Shown one piece after another: positions 35,301 through 47,995 of a stretch of 64,000 bases of DNA (within the stretch, counting starts at the first letter, position 1; every line of letters starts with the position of its first letter). The notes under the pieces are model-generated. The model was not told the origin of the DNA and ran no database searches. It was given only the letters and a program-made list of their open reading frames with translations. Source of the DNA: Macrostomum lignano (taxonomy: Eukaryota); contig NIVC01000387.1 of NCBI GenBank assembly GCA_002269645.1, positions 248,001 to 312,000 of the forward strand, written 5' to 3'. Both the position numbers and the translations under genes were made by a program.

Positions 35301-38286
35301 TATTCTCGCTTTTCTACTCTTATCAGTAGTATCAGTAGCAATAGAAAGTTTGGCGTGTATTGCACTACAAGCGTAGTAAATTATGCGATTAAGTGGGCGC
35401 AAAAAGACATCCCAGTGTGCATGAACTTGTCTGACCTACATCGGATTCATCAATCAGATTAGTCTGAACCATTTCTGCAACAAGCCGGTTAGAGGATAAC
35501 TGCCTATGCTTCTGCCTTTGCTTCTGCCTATGCTACTGCCTATGCCACTGCCTATGCCACTGCCTATGCCACTGCCTATGCCACTGCCTATGCCACTGCC
35601 TATGACACTGCCTATGCCACTGCCTATGCAACTGCCTATGCCACTGCCTATGCCACTGCCTATGTCTCTGCCTATGCCACTGCCTATGCCACTGCCTATG
35701 CCACTGCCTATGCCACTGCCTATGCCGCTGCCTATGACACTGCCTATGCCACTGCCTATGCCGCTGCTTATGCCACTGACGGAATGGGGAGGCCGCGAAG
35801 CCACCTAAAGCTTCTGCAGCTACCGAGTTCACCGAGTTTACACAGCTGCATCCACAGACCATGGATAATAAGCCCATTCTAGCTTCATACTGCTTTGCTA
35901 GACTCCAGCATCATCCTGTCCCAGACTCCACCATCATCTTGTCTCAGACACAAGCATCATCCTGTCTCAGACTCCAGCATCATCCTGTCCCAGACTCCAG
36001 CATCATCCTGTCCCAGACAACAGCATCATCCAGTCCCAGATTCCAGCATCATTCAGTCCCAGACTCCAGCATCATCCAGTCCCAGACTCCAGCATCATCC
36101 AGTCCCAGACTCCAGCATCATCCAGTTCCAGACTCCAGCATCATCCAGTCCTAGACTCCAGCATCATCCAGTCCCAAACTCCAGCATCATCCTGTCCCAG
36201 ACTCCAGCATCATCCAGTCCCAGACTCCAGCATCATTCAGTCCCAGACTCCAGCATCTCACGCGGCATCCCGTCGCTCCTTCTGCAGCAGGTGGGGAGGC
36301 CGCAGTCGGCGCTGGCGCCCACGCTGTACAAGGCGTCGATATGAACGTCGCTGAGGTGCAAAATTCGAAGCCTTGGCGCACCCGACTTTGGTGGTGAAAT
36401 CGGCTTCACTGGCGGCTTGGGATTTGGCGGCAGGCTGATGTTCCAGAAATAGTCGAACTGCGGAATTGAAGCGTTGGAGCAGCCGGCGCCCAAGTACTGG
36501 CCGCAGACATCGTCGGGGTCCAGGTAGACATGATCCAGGGCGTACATGAACATCGGCTGGGGTGTCAGTGAGAGTGAGTTAGTCAGTGAGCCAATCAGTG
36601 AGAGTGAGTCAGTGAGAGTGAGCTAGTCAGTGAGAGTGAGTCAGTCAGTGAGAGTGAGTCAGTCAGTGAGAGTGAGTCAGTCAGTGAGAGTGAGTCAGTC
36701 AGTGAGTGAGTGAGTAAGTCAGTGAGAGTGAGTCGGTCAGTGAGAGTGAGTCAGTCAGTGAGAGTGAGTCAGTCAGTGAGAGTGAGTCAGTCAGTGAGAG
36801 TGAGTCAGTCAGTGAAAGTGAGTCAGTCAGTGAGAGTGAGTCAGTCAGTGAGAGTGAGTCAGTCAGTGAGAGTGAGTCAGTCAGTGAGAGTGAGTCAGTC
36901 AGTGAGAGTGAGTCAGTCAGTGAGAGTGAGTCAGTCAGTGAGAGTGAGTCAGTCAGTGAGTGAGTAAGTCAGTGAGAGTGAGTCGGTCAGTGAGTGAGTC
37001 AGTGAGTGAGTGAGTAAGTCAGTGAGAGTGAGTCAGTCAGTGAGAGTGAGTCAGTCAGTGAGAGTGAGTCAGTCAGTGAGAGTGAGTCAGTCAGTGAGAG
37101 TGAGTCAGTCAGTGAGAGTGAGTCGGTCAGTGAGTGAGTCAGTGAGTGAGTGAGTAAGTCAGTGAGAGTGAGTCAGTCAGTGAGTGAGAGTGAGTCAGTC
37201 AGTGAGTGAGAGTGAGTCAGTCAGTGAGAGTGAGTCAGTCAGTGAGAGTGAGTCAGTCAGTGAGAGTGAGTCAGTCAGTGAGTGAGAGTGAGTCAGTCAG
37301 TGAGAGTGAGTCAGTCAGTGAGAGTGAGTCAGTCAGTGAGAGTGAGTCAGTCAGTGAGTGAGAGTGAGTCAGTCAGTGAGAGTGAGTCAGTCAGTGAGAG
37401 TGAGTCAGTCAGTGAAAGTGAGTAGTCAGTGAGAGTGAGTCAGTCAGTGAGAGTGAGTCAGTCAGTGAGAGTGAGTCAGTCAGTGAAAGTGAGTCAGTCA
37501 GTGAGAGTGAGTCAGTCAGTGAGAGTGAGTCAGTCAGTGAAAGTGAGTAGTCAGTGAGAGTGAGTCAGTCAGTGAGAGTGAGTCAGTCAGTGAGAGTGAG
37601 TCAGTCAGTGAAAGTGAGTAGTCAGTGAGAGTGAGTCAGTCAGTGAAAGTGAGTCAGTCAGTGAGAGTGAGTCAGTCAGTGAGGTTCGGGGCTCACCTGC
37701 CACAATTTCACGACTCCGTGGCACACCTGAGGCGCCTCTTTGTAGCTGTATAAGCAGATTATTCGAGCCACTTCTGGCACGAGGCTTTTCTCTAAAACAG
37801 TGGCGGGTTATGGAGAATGAGTCTGGGGTAGCCTGAGGAATGGAGTCTGGTGTAGTCCTTGGAGTGGAGGCTGAGGTGGAGGCTGAGGTAGGCTCTGGGA
37901 GTAGAATATGTGGTAGGGCGTGAAGTGGAGGCTGTGGTAGGCTCTGGGAGTAGAGTATGTGGTAGGTCGTGCAGTGGAGGCTGTGGTAGGCTCTGGGAGT
38001 AGAGTATGTGGTAGGGCGTGCAGTGGAGGCTGTGGTAGGCTCTGGAGTAGTGTTGTGAAGACTTATGCAGTGAACTGATTGAAGGTGAGGCGGGTCGAGC
38101 AGCTGAGCTCTCCAACTCACTCCCTTCATCCAACAGCCGACGCGCCAGAGCCACGCCGGTCTTGCAGACGTCGCACTCGAGGTTGATGCTGACGGCGCGG
38201 CCACTTTGAAACCGCAGTGGCGCCGAAAGAGCGGCGGTTACGGCCAGCGTGACGCAGACTCCGCTTAGCAACCAGTGACGCCTCAT
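29378..38286 (-). CDS. SMPD1: Acid sphingomyelinase (saposin-B plus metallophosphoesterase), 12 exons
   Basis: Exons 38286-38121, 37791-37697, 36556-36262, 35275-35175, 34441-34272, 34190-34080, 32148-32068, 31979-31815, 30875-30689, 29840-29742, 29661-29567, 29498-29378; all GT-AG and phase compatible. Signal peptide, saposin Cys pattern, Pro-rich linker, and metal motifs LSDVHID, TGDLPDH, GNHE, GHIPP, FGHTH intact. Confidence 0.95.
29850..30565. repeat. 25-bp G-rich minisatellite (GGGTGGGTGAGGGTTGCTTGGGTCA)n, SMPD1 intron 9
   Basis: About 28 copies. Confidence 0.95.
30918..31748. repeat. 16-bp minisatellite (GGGGAATCCATGCCTT)n, SMPD1 intron 8
   Basis: Highly homogeneous array. Confidence 0.95.
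32165..33978. repeat. 15-bp minisatellite (GAGAGGTGAGAGTCG)n, SMPD1 intron 6
   Basis: About 1.8 kb array with variants. Confidence 0.95.
34555..35110. repeat. 34-bp minisatellite (CTCCCACTGAATGAGTTTGAGAGGCTGCTGTGTC)n, SMPD1 intron 4
   Basis: Seen directly. Confidence 0.95.
35500..35775. repeat. 12-bp minisatellite (CTGCCTATGCCA)n, SMPD1 intron 3
   Basis: Seen directly. Confidence 0.93.
35900..36257. repeat. 23-bp minisatellite (CCAGACTCCAGCATCATCCAGTC)n, SMPD1 intron 3
   Basis: Abuts the exon-3 donor. Confidence 0.92.
36563..37682. repeat. 18-bp minisatellite (GTGAGAGTGAGTCAGTCA)n, SMPD1 intron 2
   Basis: Fills almost the entire intron. Confidence 0.95.
37860..38047. repeat. 49-bp tandem repeat, SMPD1 intron 1
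   Basis: About 3.5 copies of GAGTAGAGTATGTGGTAGGGCGTGCAGTGGAGGCTGTGGTAGGCTCTGG. Confidence 0.85.
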
Positions 38287-38559
38287 CCAGTATTGCTTAC
38301 TGAAGATTTTCTGTTATAGAGCTCTGCCTATGAAAACTGGTCAACTATAGCTGATCTGAGTTTTTGCGCTTACCAGCTGCTCTGACACAAAGCAGCTCAG
38401 TTATAGCAGCCTGGCTGCTATCTAGCTCTGTCCACGAACATACATGCAGAGATTAGACTCTACCGGGCGAGTGCAGAAATGCAACGAATGAGGGGCCCTG
38501 GGTTGAACTTGCACTTTTTAGGCTGTGCATACCTGAGTTTTTCTTGCCGATTTTTATGA

Positions 38560-39115
38560 TTTTTTCAGCAGTATGAGCACTTATGAGCTCTGAGCAGAGT
38601 GATATATGAGCACTGAGCAGAGTGATATATGAGCACTGAGTAGAATGACATGTGAAGACTGAGCAGAATGACATGTGAACACTGAGCAGAATGACATGTG
38701 AACACTGAGCAGAATGACATGTGAACACTAAGCAGAATGACATGTGAGCACTGAGCAGAATGACATGTGAACACTGAGCAGAATGACATGTGAACACTAA
38801 GCAGAATGACATGTGAACACTGAACAGAGTGACATGTGAACACTGAGCAGAATGACATGTGAACACTGAACAGAATGACATGTGAACACTGAGCAGAATG
38901 ACATGTGAACACTGAGCAGAATGACATGTGAGCACTGAGCAGAGTGATATATGAGCACTGAGCAGAGTGATATATGAGCACTGAGCAGAGTGATATATGA
39001 GCTCTGAGCAGAGTGATATATGAGCACTGAACAGAGTGACATATGAGCACTGAGCAGAACGACATGAACAATATAGATCTGCTCTGTACACTCTACACTC
39101 GATATATGAGCACAC
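38560..39115. repeat. 23-bp minisatellite (TGAGCAGAATGACATGTGAACAC)n
   Basis: Seen directly, upstream of SMPD1. Confidence 0.92.
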
Positions 39116-39574
39116 AGTCCATAATCAGTTAGGATTTGTATACCAAACACAGCAAAACAGAAAAGCTAATTGTTTAGCTCCAAAAAGCTAATTGGAAGTT
39201 CGTGTAAGTTTTATTTCGGCAGCAATTGCTCGCTGTGCTCATCAAGTGCTGGAAAGCGCACAAGGAAAGCTAGCTGTGTTGATTGCAACTCGCGGCATCA
39301 GGCAAAGTCTCGCTTGAAGCAGAAATTCTGCAACCACCTTGCTGCATCGCTTTATTGATGTCCATTGCCTGATATTTGGGCTTTCTGCGCTACAGCTTTC
39401 TGTACTGCTAGCTGCTTTATGAAGCCATTGAACTGTGTGGGGTCAGTGCGCTACCTCCTAAATCCCATTATTCCTTTATATAATCCCCTCTCTTCCCTGA
39501 TTCCTTCCTTACAAGAAGGAAGGACTGTCCAGCTCCTTTCTTCCCAACCCTTCCTTCCTTCATTGCGTCTTTTT

Positions 39575-39935
39575 CCTTCCTGACAATTCTATTGCTTCCT
39601 GACAACTTCATTCCATCCTGACAATTTCATTGCTTCCTGACAATTTCATTTCTTCCTGACAATTTCATTGCTTCCTGACAAGTTCACTTCTTCCTGACAA
39701 TTTCATTGCTTCCTGACAATTTTACTTCTTCCTGACGATTTCATTGCTTCCTGACAAGTTCATTGCTTCCTGACAATTTCATTGCTTCCTGACAATTTCA
39801 TTGCTTCCTGACAATCTCATTCCTTCCTGACAATTTCATTGCTTCCTGACAAGTTTACTTCTTCTTGACAAGTTAATTCCTCCCTGACAAGTTCATTCCT
39901 CCCTGACAATTTCATTCCTTTCTGACAATTTCACT
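39575..39935. repeat. 19-bp minisatellite (TTCCTGACAATTTCATTGC)n
   Basis: Diverged array. Confidence 0.9.
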
Positions 39936-40945
39936 CATTCCTGCTCACTTTATGCATTTATGCTTGAAACTCCTTGCATTGATTCCTTGCTGATACATTC
40001 ATTTCATCCCCGGCTATTCAATCCTTTCTGACCATTCATTCATCACTACGCTCGTGTTTTTGATTGCGAAGGCCTCTTTGACAGTGCAGTCGGACTGGGC
40101 GCAATCAATTCTGTTTTCATCGCAGCTTGTGCGCAATACTTCATAGCGCAGTGTAAAATAGGCTTTTGTCTGGAAATTCTGCGAGCCAGACAAAACAGCG
40201 GATGCCGGCCCTGAAGGACAAGCTGACGATATTTCTGCACAGCCGCCTCCCCGCGCCTGTCGCGGGGCTGGGAAAGTCCTGAAGAAGAACAACAACAGGC
40301 AGCGGAAGACAGATGCGGCCGGGAAATGGGCGGTTGGCGGCAGGCACGCAAGACATCCGATAAAATTTCAAGTTTAAAGTTTCTGCGCTTGAAGTATATA
40401 GTATATGAAGTACATGAAGTAGATTGACTTATATAGTTTTTATTTATTTGATCAAAAGTACCAGAAAACATCAATATGCTATTCATACAGCAGTAAAGGA
40501 CACTAATTAATACTTATTGAAACTTTAGTACTAATAACAAAGGTGAAAAGAGCACTGAGTACACCAATAAGCCTGCAATATTAACTCAAAGAAGCTAAAG
40601 AAGGCAATCGGGCAAGCTCTAATAATTACAGTGTCGTATTGCACCGTTTCGACATTCGATTAAAACTAAGGGTCGATATTGATTAGAAGCTTACACTGCG
40701 GCAGTAGTGGGGGCGGATTAAAGATTTATTGCATTATTTGTACGGTGGTCGAGGCCCTGCGCTGACAACGGAAGTGCATCCTGATCGGTTCTGCTTTTAT
40801 CACTTTACACTCGGGCTTGAATTCAGTTTCAGTGTTGGGTGAACTGCGTGCCGCTTTCGAAAATGTTTGGAACACTTTTCGACCCACTTTTGTTTAAATC
40901 CCTGGTGTTTTTCCTAGAAAGCCGAGTGCAGCCTGCGCTCGACCC

Positions 40946-41458
40946 TCAGCACTTGAATAGCGGCTTCACCAGCTCGGCGTTGACATCGGTGACGCTGAAG
41001 AAGGCGGCGACAACTGAGTTCACGTCGGCCTGGCCGCGAGAACAGGCGGTCTGGGCCACGCTGAGCAGCAGCAGCTGCGAGAAGCTCACGTTCGCCTGCT
41101 TCGAGGAGGCGCCCGGCGGGCAGGCGAAGCCGAAAAAGTCGGCGCAGGCGCCGCCACCGCCACCGCCGCCGCCTCCGAGGCCGACTGTGACGGGGAAGGT
41201 GCGGTTCCGCAGTGCCTGGCAGGGACCGCGCAGGCCAGCAGACCGGCCGGGGACCAGCGGGCAGCCGAACGGGCTGTTGTCATCGTCATCGGAAGCCTGC
41301 AGCTTCGTGTGCGTGTGCAGGCCGGTGACCACGATCAGCGCCACCAGCACAAGGCAGAGGCAGACGCTGAGGATGCACACCACGGGCGAACACTGGTTCT
41401 GCCGACTCTCCACCTCCTCGACTGTGGCTTCCGACGGCTTCTGTTGCTGATCCACCAT
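40946..41458 (-). CDS. Type II membrane protein with a neprilysin/M13-like N-terminal Cys motif; no catalytic domain found
   Basis: Short cytoplasmic N-terminus, TM helix (VVCILSVCLCLVLVALIVVTGL), then C..C..A..ACADFFGFAC resembling the M13 PCxDFYxFAC signature. No HExxH seen nearby. Confidence 0.5.
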   Translation of the reverse strand: MVDQQQKPSEATVEEVESRQNQCSPVVCILSVCLCLVLVALIVVTGLHTHTKLQASDDDDNSPFGCPLVPGRSAGLRGPCQALRNRTFPVTVGLGGGGGGGGGACADFFGFACPPGASSKQANVSFSQLLLLSVAQTACSRGQADVNSVVAAFFSVTDVNAELVKPLFKC

Positions 41459-44400
41459 GACTTGGCTCGGGCTGGCAGCTTGGCGGCTGAATTCAATTCG
41501 CTCCTTCAGGACCGGGATAAACCAGCTCGCTGGCTTATCAGTTTTTCAAGCCGGCGGCGGCTATTTCTTTTTCCTATCCTCCATTCATTTGCATCCCCCC
41601 CTGGTGCACGCGTTTTCAGGGAGAACAGCCGCATGCATGGGCTTGCCAGGATGGCCGGGCCGGGCACAGGGTCGGTTTTCCTTACCCGGTAGAAGCCTTC
41701 AAATGGTTCGAGCGCTCGTCATCCTCCATCAGTTTTCTTACTTCCAGTCGCTTCGAATGGACAGATCCGGAAGTAGAGGGCGCAGTGACCCCAGCCTGGG
41801 AGGCACCCAGCGCTGCGCGGCGGACCTATCCAACATCGCCTTCTCCCAGGAGGGGAGGATATCCGTGTATGTGTGGGATATACGGCCCTCGCCACCCCAA
41901 ACCGGATTTTTCTAGTTGAGGCATTTTTAAGCAGATCCCCCCCACACACACACACACACGTACGCTTTCTCCGGCCGCTGCGATGAAGTCAGCTATGGCT
42001 ACGCTTTTCTTTTCTTGCAATATACTGCATTTGTCTGTTGCGCTAAAGGCAAGGGGCTGATCAGCCCCTCAGGTTGTTTAGCTTGCAGCTGAAGCTGTAT
42101 GGCTGCACTCGCGCACACTCGTACGGCCAATTATAGGGTCCCTGCAGCCATTCATATGCCACTGCCACCACTGGTAATGCAAACTGCGATGGATGGTGGA
42201 AGAAAGCTGGCCAAAATGGTGGAAAAATTTTGTGTTTGGATGGACAAGAAGGGCAGCCACGGGTGCTGAAGCTGCAGGTGCGTGAACTTCGCATTAACGG
42301 CTTGCCGCTACAGCTTCAGTTTTGGTAACTACAATGCTATACTGCAGGTTTTCATTGCACTGGTGAAGTGCCAAAAGGATCCCGGGATCTTCAAAGTTCA
42401 ATGAGTTCAATTCCATTTAGTTAATATCTTATAATTAGGCAAAAATCGGATGGTTAGCTTAGTGGGTAGTCAGTCAGTCATTCCTGTAGACTCATTCCAA
42501 TGTATTTCATATATAAGATGAAAGCTTATATAGAGCAGATTTCGACGAACCAAAACCACTTATTTCTTCAATCTGATTAATGCTTCGATCCTCCTCCTCC
42601 AGAATCTCGAATTCCTACAAAGATGGTGAATAAATAATGTTTCTATTAATTATTTATTAATTTATTTACCATTTTTGTAGAAACGAGCTTCTTTGGAGGA
42701 TCATAAATATATTGGATACGTCTCAGGGACGTTACTGCAGCCAAAAAAATTACGTCTTGGAGACGTTTCACTTTCTAATTGGATACGTAATTTTGCTATT
42801 CGGGAAATATGAAAGAGCATTGGACGAACCAAAATCACTTATTTCTTCGATCTAATGAATGCTTGATCTAGTCACAGCTGATGATCGTGCCATCAGCTGC
42901 AACAGTCTCGCTATACGAACTACTGCGCGTTACTGGACGCTGAAATGAACGACAGGATGCCTTTTAGGACAGAGCAGCACAGAATTAAATGTTTTTTTCA
43001 AGCAGCGACACGAGTCTTGATCGAAGTTGGGCCAAACAGTCAGCCGACCTTCAACCGGAGACTCAGACGCTCTGTGAGAGACTGCTGGAGCAGATCGGTC
43101 CCCCAGAACTCGCACTCTAGCTGCCCATCTAGGATTTTCGCAAACAACCATTGTGTACGTGCCATCTGCATCAGCTGGGGAAGGTCAACAATGTCAGGAA
43201 CAGTGTCAAGTTCTAGAATGTCAGAAAACCGCACGAAGTTTGGTTCATTAAATTGTAATTTGCAAAGATACGAGTGCTGGGTGCCCTAAAATCACGGTGC
43301 TACATGGAAGCATATGGTCCCAACATCCAGAAATCGTGCATAAATACCGCTTGAATTATCAGTTTCAGTATTAAGTGTCAGATTGCATGTCTCAGTGTCT
43401 GTGACACTAGTGTCATCATATTGGCCATTATCAGCATTCCATGGAACTTACAATGGGAGGTTGTATCCAAGGTTTTTAATAGGAGATCAAAGAGGCTTCA
43501 AATTCCTAATTGCCATTTTTTAAATTAGACTTGAAGCAAGAGACTAGTTTGCTGCCTAATTACGTTTTTCGCGTGCGCTCGATGCGTAAATTCAAAAAAG
43601 TTAATTGATTATTTTCGCCGAAACCAAGTCAATTAGCACAATGTCAATGATAGTACTCGCATACATTGATTTTTTATCACCCGTTTATGCACATAGGAGG
43701 ATACTTTACTTTTGCTCTTTTCTTATGAAGCATCGTTAATCAATGATTCGTAGGCGGTAGCTAGTGTCATGATCTATTTTCATGATTAGGGAGGGTCTCG
43801 CCTAACATACAACCTAGGGCTAGGCGGCTAGTAGGCCTTGTTTTCAGTATTTTACTCCTATCCTATCCTGCATTCAATTCTTCATTATAATAGCTTATAT
43901 GCTTAATAATAGTTTAAACAATTTGTAAAACTAATAGGATAAACTCTAATAATAAAGGCTTGATTTGCTCTATATAGTAGGTCAATATAACAATAAGTAT
44001 ATTACTTATTAATATTATTATTACTAATATTAGACAAGAATGAAAGTTTGGAAAAAACTAGGCCTGGACCTGGCTGTTATTAGCGAAGCCTATTATATAC
44101 AGTAATATAATAAAAAATAAATAGGTTCCAACCTTTGTTGTTAACCATTTAGCCTAAGGGTCAGGGATTAACTATATCTATTTTACAATATTAAACCTAT
44201 AAATGTTATAGGCTACTTTCATTTGTTTGATGAATGGTTTGAATACTTTATGATACTATTAAGCATACTTATTTATTCCACTAGCAAAAATTTCCAAAAT
44301 TTCCACTAGCTTTAGCATTCCTGTAAAAATGGTATCTTGACTTAGTCTAGAAATTTTTGAGATACTCTTCAAATTATTATTATACTTTATCTTATATGCC

Positions 44401-44872
44401 ATTTTATAAATGCTTTCGCTACCAATATGGCAACAATAGAGCAATGTGGCAACAAATATATCACAATAACCATTGACTTTAATATAAAAAATTAAGATGA
44501 AATCAGCAAATTTATTATATTAAGCTTCATTATTAATTGTTAGTATCCTCAACCTTTTGTAAATAAGCTGTAGTATAGGTGTAGATTTAAAATATTTTAG
44601 GTGCCAATCTATACTACTCATAAGCCTTTCCAACAGTAGAATTAGAAGTAAAAACTTATAAAAACTTTTTGCCCCAGCTGAGGGTGGGGCCATGACCCAC
44701 TTGTCCACTGGAACTGCCACTAACTAGCTGTGTTCTGCTAGAGCCTGTTGGCTATTAAAGACTAGTGGTGAATTAATGTTAATTGCAGCCTTCACTGCCA
44801 TTGCAACACTGTTTGCCCTACTCATAATGACCTAATTAATTTATTTTTGTCTTCAATGGTCAACTCCAACTG

Positions 44873-47586
44873 ATGCTTTGCTTTTGCTATCTGGGCCGTC
44901 TGCTGCCCACATTGGCTGCTCGTGGCCAGGCTGCCACTGCCATTGCTGCTTCAAGAGCCCAGCAACAGTTGCACTCACTGGCCCTGCCGCCATTGCTTCA
45001 GCACCCTCTGCCTGGACCTTCGTCACTGCCTCTACAGCCGCTGCTTTGGCAGCAGTGCCGCTTGAAGTCCAGGCACTCCTCAACAAAGGGCCGGGCTGGC
45101 CACTCGCCTTCCAGTCAAGCAGCAACAGATGATGATGAGGAATCTGATGATGAGGATGAGGCTGGCAGCGATGCCGACATGGAGTTTGACGAACTGAACG
45201 ATCCGTTCTATGCCAGCGATGTCAGCCTGTGCGACAAATTCAAGGTGTGCGCTGCATGTGCAGCATGTCTGTGGAGTTGGGCTTGCGGCTTGGTGGCGTC
45301 ACTCACCATCAATTGGGATCTGAACTGCACATTAGCATTAGACCGACTTTAATGTGCAGGTGGCCCTGCTCTCATGTCATGCTCTGCAGTGTGCAGATGC
45401 CCCTGCTCTCATGTCATGCTCTGCAGTGTGCAGGTGCCCCTGCTCTCATGTCATGCTCTGCAGTGTGCAGATGCCCCTGCTCTCATGTCATGCTCTGCAG
45501 TGTGCAGATGCCCCTGCTCTCACGACATGCTCTGCAGTGTGCAGATGCCCCTGCTCTCATGTCATGCTCTGCAGTGTGCGGATGCCCCTGCTCTCATGTC
45601 ATGCTCTGCAGTGTGCAGATGCCCCTGCTCTCATGTCATGCTCTGCAGTGTGCGGATGCCCCTGCTCTCATGTCATGCGCTGCAGTGTGCAGGTGCCCCT
45701 GCTCTCATGTCATGCTCTGCAGTGTGCAGGTGCCCCTGCTCTCATGTCATGCTCTGCAGTGTGCAGATGCCCCTGCTCTCATGTCATGCGCTGCAGTGTG
45801 CAGATGCCCCTGCTCTCATGTCATGCGCTGCAGTGTGCGGATGCCCCTGCTCTCATGTCATGCTCTACAGTGTGCAGATGCCCCTGCTCTCATGTCATGC
45901 TCTGCAGTGTGCAGATGCCCCTGCTCTCATGTCATGCGCTGCAGTGTGCGGATGCCCCTGCTCTCGTGTCATGCTCTGCAGTGTGCAGATGCCCCTGCTC
46001 TCATGTCATGCTCTGCAGTGTGTAGATGCCCCTGCTCTCATGTCATGCTCTGCAGTGTGTAGATGCCCCTGCTCTCATGTCATGCGCTGCAGTGTGCAGG
46101 TGCCCCTGCTCTCATGTCATGCTCTGCAGTGTGCAGATGCCCCTGCTCTCATGTCATGCTCTGCAGTGTGCGGATGCCCCTGCTCTCATGTCATGCTCTA
46201 CAGTGTGCAGATGCCCCTGCTCTCATGTCATGCTCTACAGTGTGCAGATGCCCCTGCTCTCATGTCATGCTCTGCAGTGTGTAGATGCCCCTGCTCTCAT
46301 GTCATGCTCTGCAGTGTGCAGATGCCCCTGCTCTCGTGTCATGCTCTGCAGTGTGCAGGTGCCCCTGCTCTTGTGTCATGCTCTGCAGTGTGCAGGTGCC
46401 CCTGCTCTCGTGTCATGCTCTGCAGTGTGCAGATGCCCCTGCTCTCGTGTCATGCTCTGCAGTGTGCAGATGCCCCTGCTCTCGTGTCATGCTCTGCAGT
46501 GTGCAGATGCCCCTGCTCTCATGTCATGCGCTGCAGTGTGCAGGTGCCCCTGCTCTCATGACATGCTCTGCAGTGTGCAGATGCCCCTGCTCTCATGTCA
46601 TGCGCTGCAGTGTGCAGATGCCCCTGCTCTCGTGTCATGCTCTGCAGTGTGTAGATGCCCCTGCTCTCATGTCATGCTCTGCAGTGTGCAGATGCCCCTG
46701 CTCTCATGTCATGCTCTGCAGTGTGCAGGTGCCCCTGCTCTCGTGTCATGCTCTACAGTGTGCGGATGCCCCTGCTCTCATGTCATGCTCTACAGTGTGC
46801 AGATGCCCCTGCTCTCATGTCATGCTCTGCAGTGTGCAGATGCCCCTGCTCTCATGTCATGCTCTGCAGTGTGTAGATGCCCCTGCTCTCATGTCATGCT
46901 CTGCAGTGTGTAGATGCCCCTGCTCTCATGTCATGCTCTGCAGTGTGTAGATGCCCCTGCTCTCATGTCATGCTCTGCAGTGTGTAGATGCCCCTGCTCT
47001 CATGTCATGCGCTGCAGTGTGCAGATGCCCCTGCTCTCATGTCATGCTCTGCAGTGTGCAGGTGCCCCTGCTCTCATGTCAAGCTCTACAGTGTGCAGGT
47101 ACTGGGGTATCTGCACTCTGAGGGGCCTGAGAGAGTGCTTAGGTGTGTACAAACACGCAGCAGTCTATGTTCAACAGTCCTAAACCCCTCATACAAAATG
47201 GCCCGTTGCACCACTCCGCAGGTGCAGTCTCAGCAGTCCTAAATCCCTCATACAAAATGGCCCGTTGCACCACTCCGCAGGTGCAGTCTTTCACCTGCAA
47301 AAGCCTGCGCGCAGCCAAGCTGGCCAGCTTAGGCACCGGCCTGTCCAAGTCCAAGGTGGACCAGCTCTGTCTGCAGGGCCGCATGTACATCAACGGGCAG
47401 AAGACTATAAAGAAGGGCGCCGCCTGCGGCATAGGCGACTCGGTGTCCATAGCGATGAGCTTTCAAGACGACCTGGCGATGGTGAAGCAGGTGCGGCTGC
47501 TGCACGGCCGGGTGCTGCCGACTGGCAGCTACAGAATTGTGCTGCGCTGCTGGAAGCAGCCTTTCATGCTGCGGCTGGCCTCCTAG
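44873..47586 (+). CDS. MTRES1: Mitochondrial transcription rescue factor 1 (C6orf203-like, S4-like RNA-binding domain), 2 exons
   Basis: Exon 44873-45244 has a presequence-like N-terminus and acidic tract, GT at 45245. Exon 47281-47586 reads SLR..LASLGTGLSKSKVDQLCLQGRMYINGQKTIKKG...GDSV...YRIVLRCWK, matching the MTRES1 pattern (NxxKxxKK...VGD...YRVVLRRWK). Confidence 0.8.
45352..47100. repeat. 37-bp minisatellite (GATGCCCCTGCTCTCATGTCATGCTCTGCAGTGTGCA)n in the MTRES1 intron
   Basis: About 47 copies. Confidence 0.96.
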
Positions 47587-47995
47587 TGCGGTTCTGGCTT
47601 GGTTCTTGACGTAGTTTAGTAATTTGTATACGTGAGCAATGCAGGCCACTAAGGCTTATTTCATAATAAATAAATATTTTGCTAAGTGCTCAGGCACTGC
47701 TGCTTCAGGCATCCAGCTTTGTTACTGGCTTCATTTTAATTTAACATATCTGCGGGCTGTTTGAATCTGAGGGGTTTCAAGACTTCTATCAGTTGTCATT
47801 TGACGTTTAAAACCACAAATTATATGGAGAAGATCGCCTACTAACGAGTAGCAAGCTAAGCATATGGAGCAAGAAATTTGCTTGCTTATCCGGCACCCAT
47901 CGCCTGTTTGCAGCCTCGCAGCCCGCATAATTAAAGCATCGAAGCAGAGATCCGTTGCTGCTTTTTGAAGCCGAACTGCCGGGCGGTTCCGTTTC

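Noticed and set aside
35776-35845. GC-rich island with AG/GT borders between two arrays in SMPD1 intron 3
   Set aside because: In the required phase it reads CCT GTG TAA (stop), and exons 3 and 4 join cleanly without it.
41719-43289. Several short ORFs and a ~45-bp direct repeat (about 42545 and 42822)
   Set aside because: Could not assemble a phase-consistent gene or define element boundaries.
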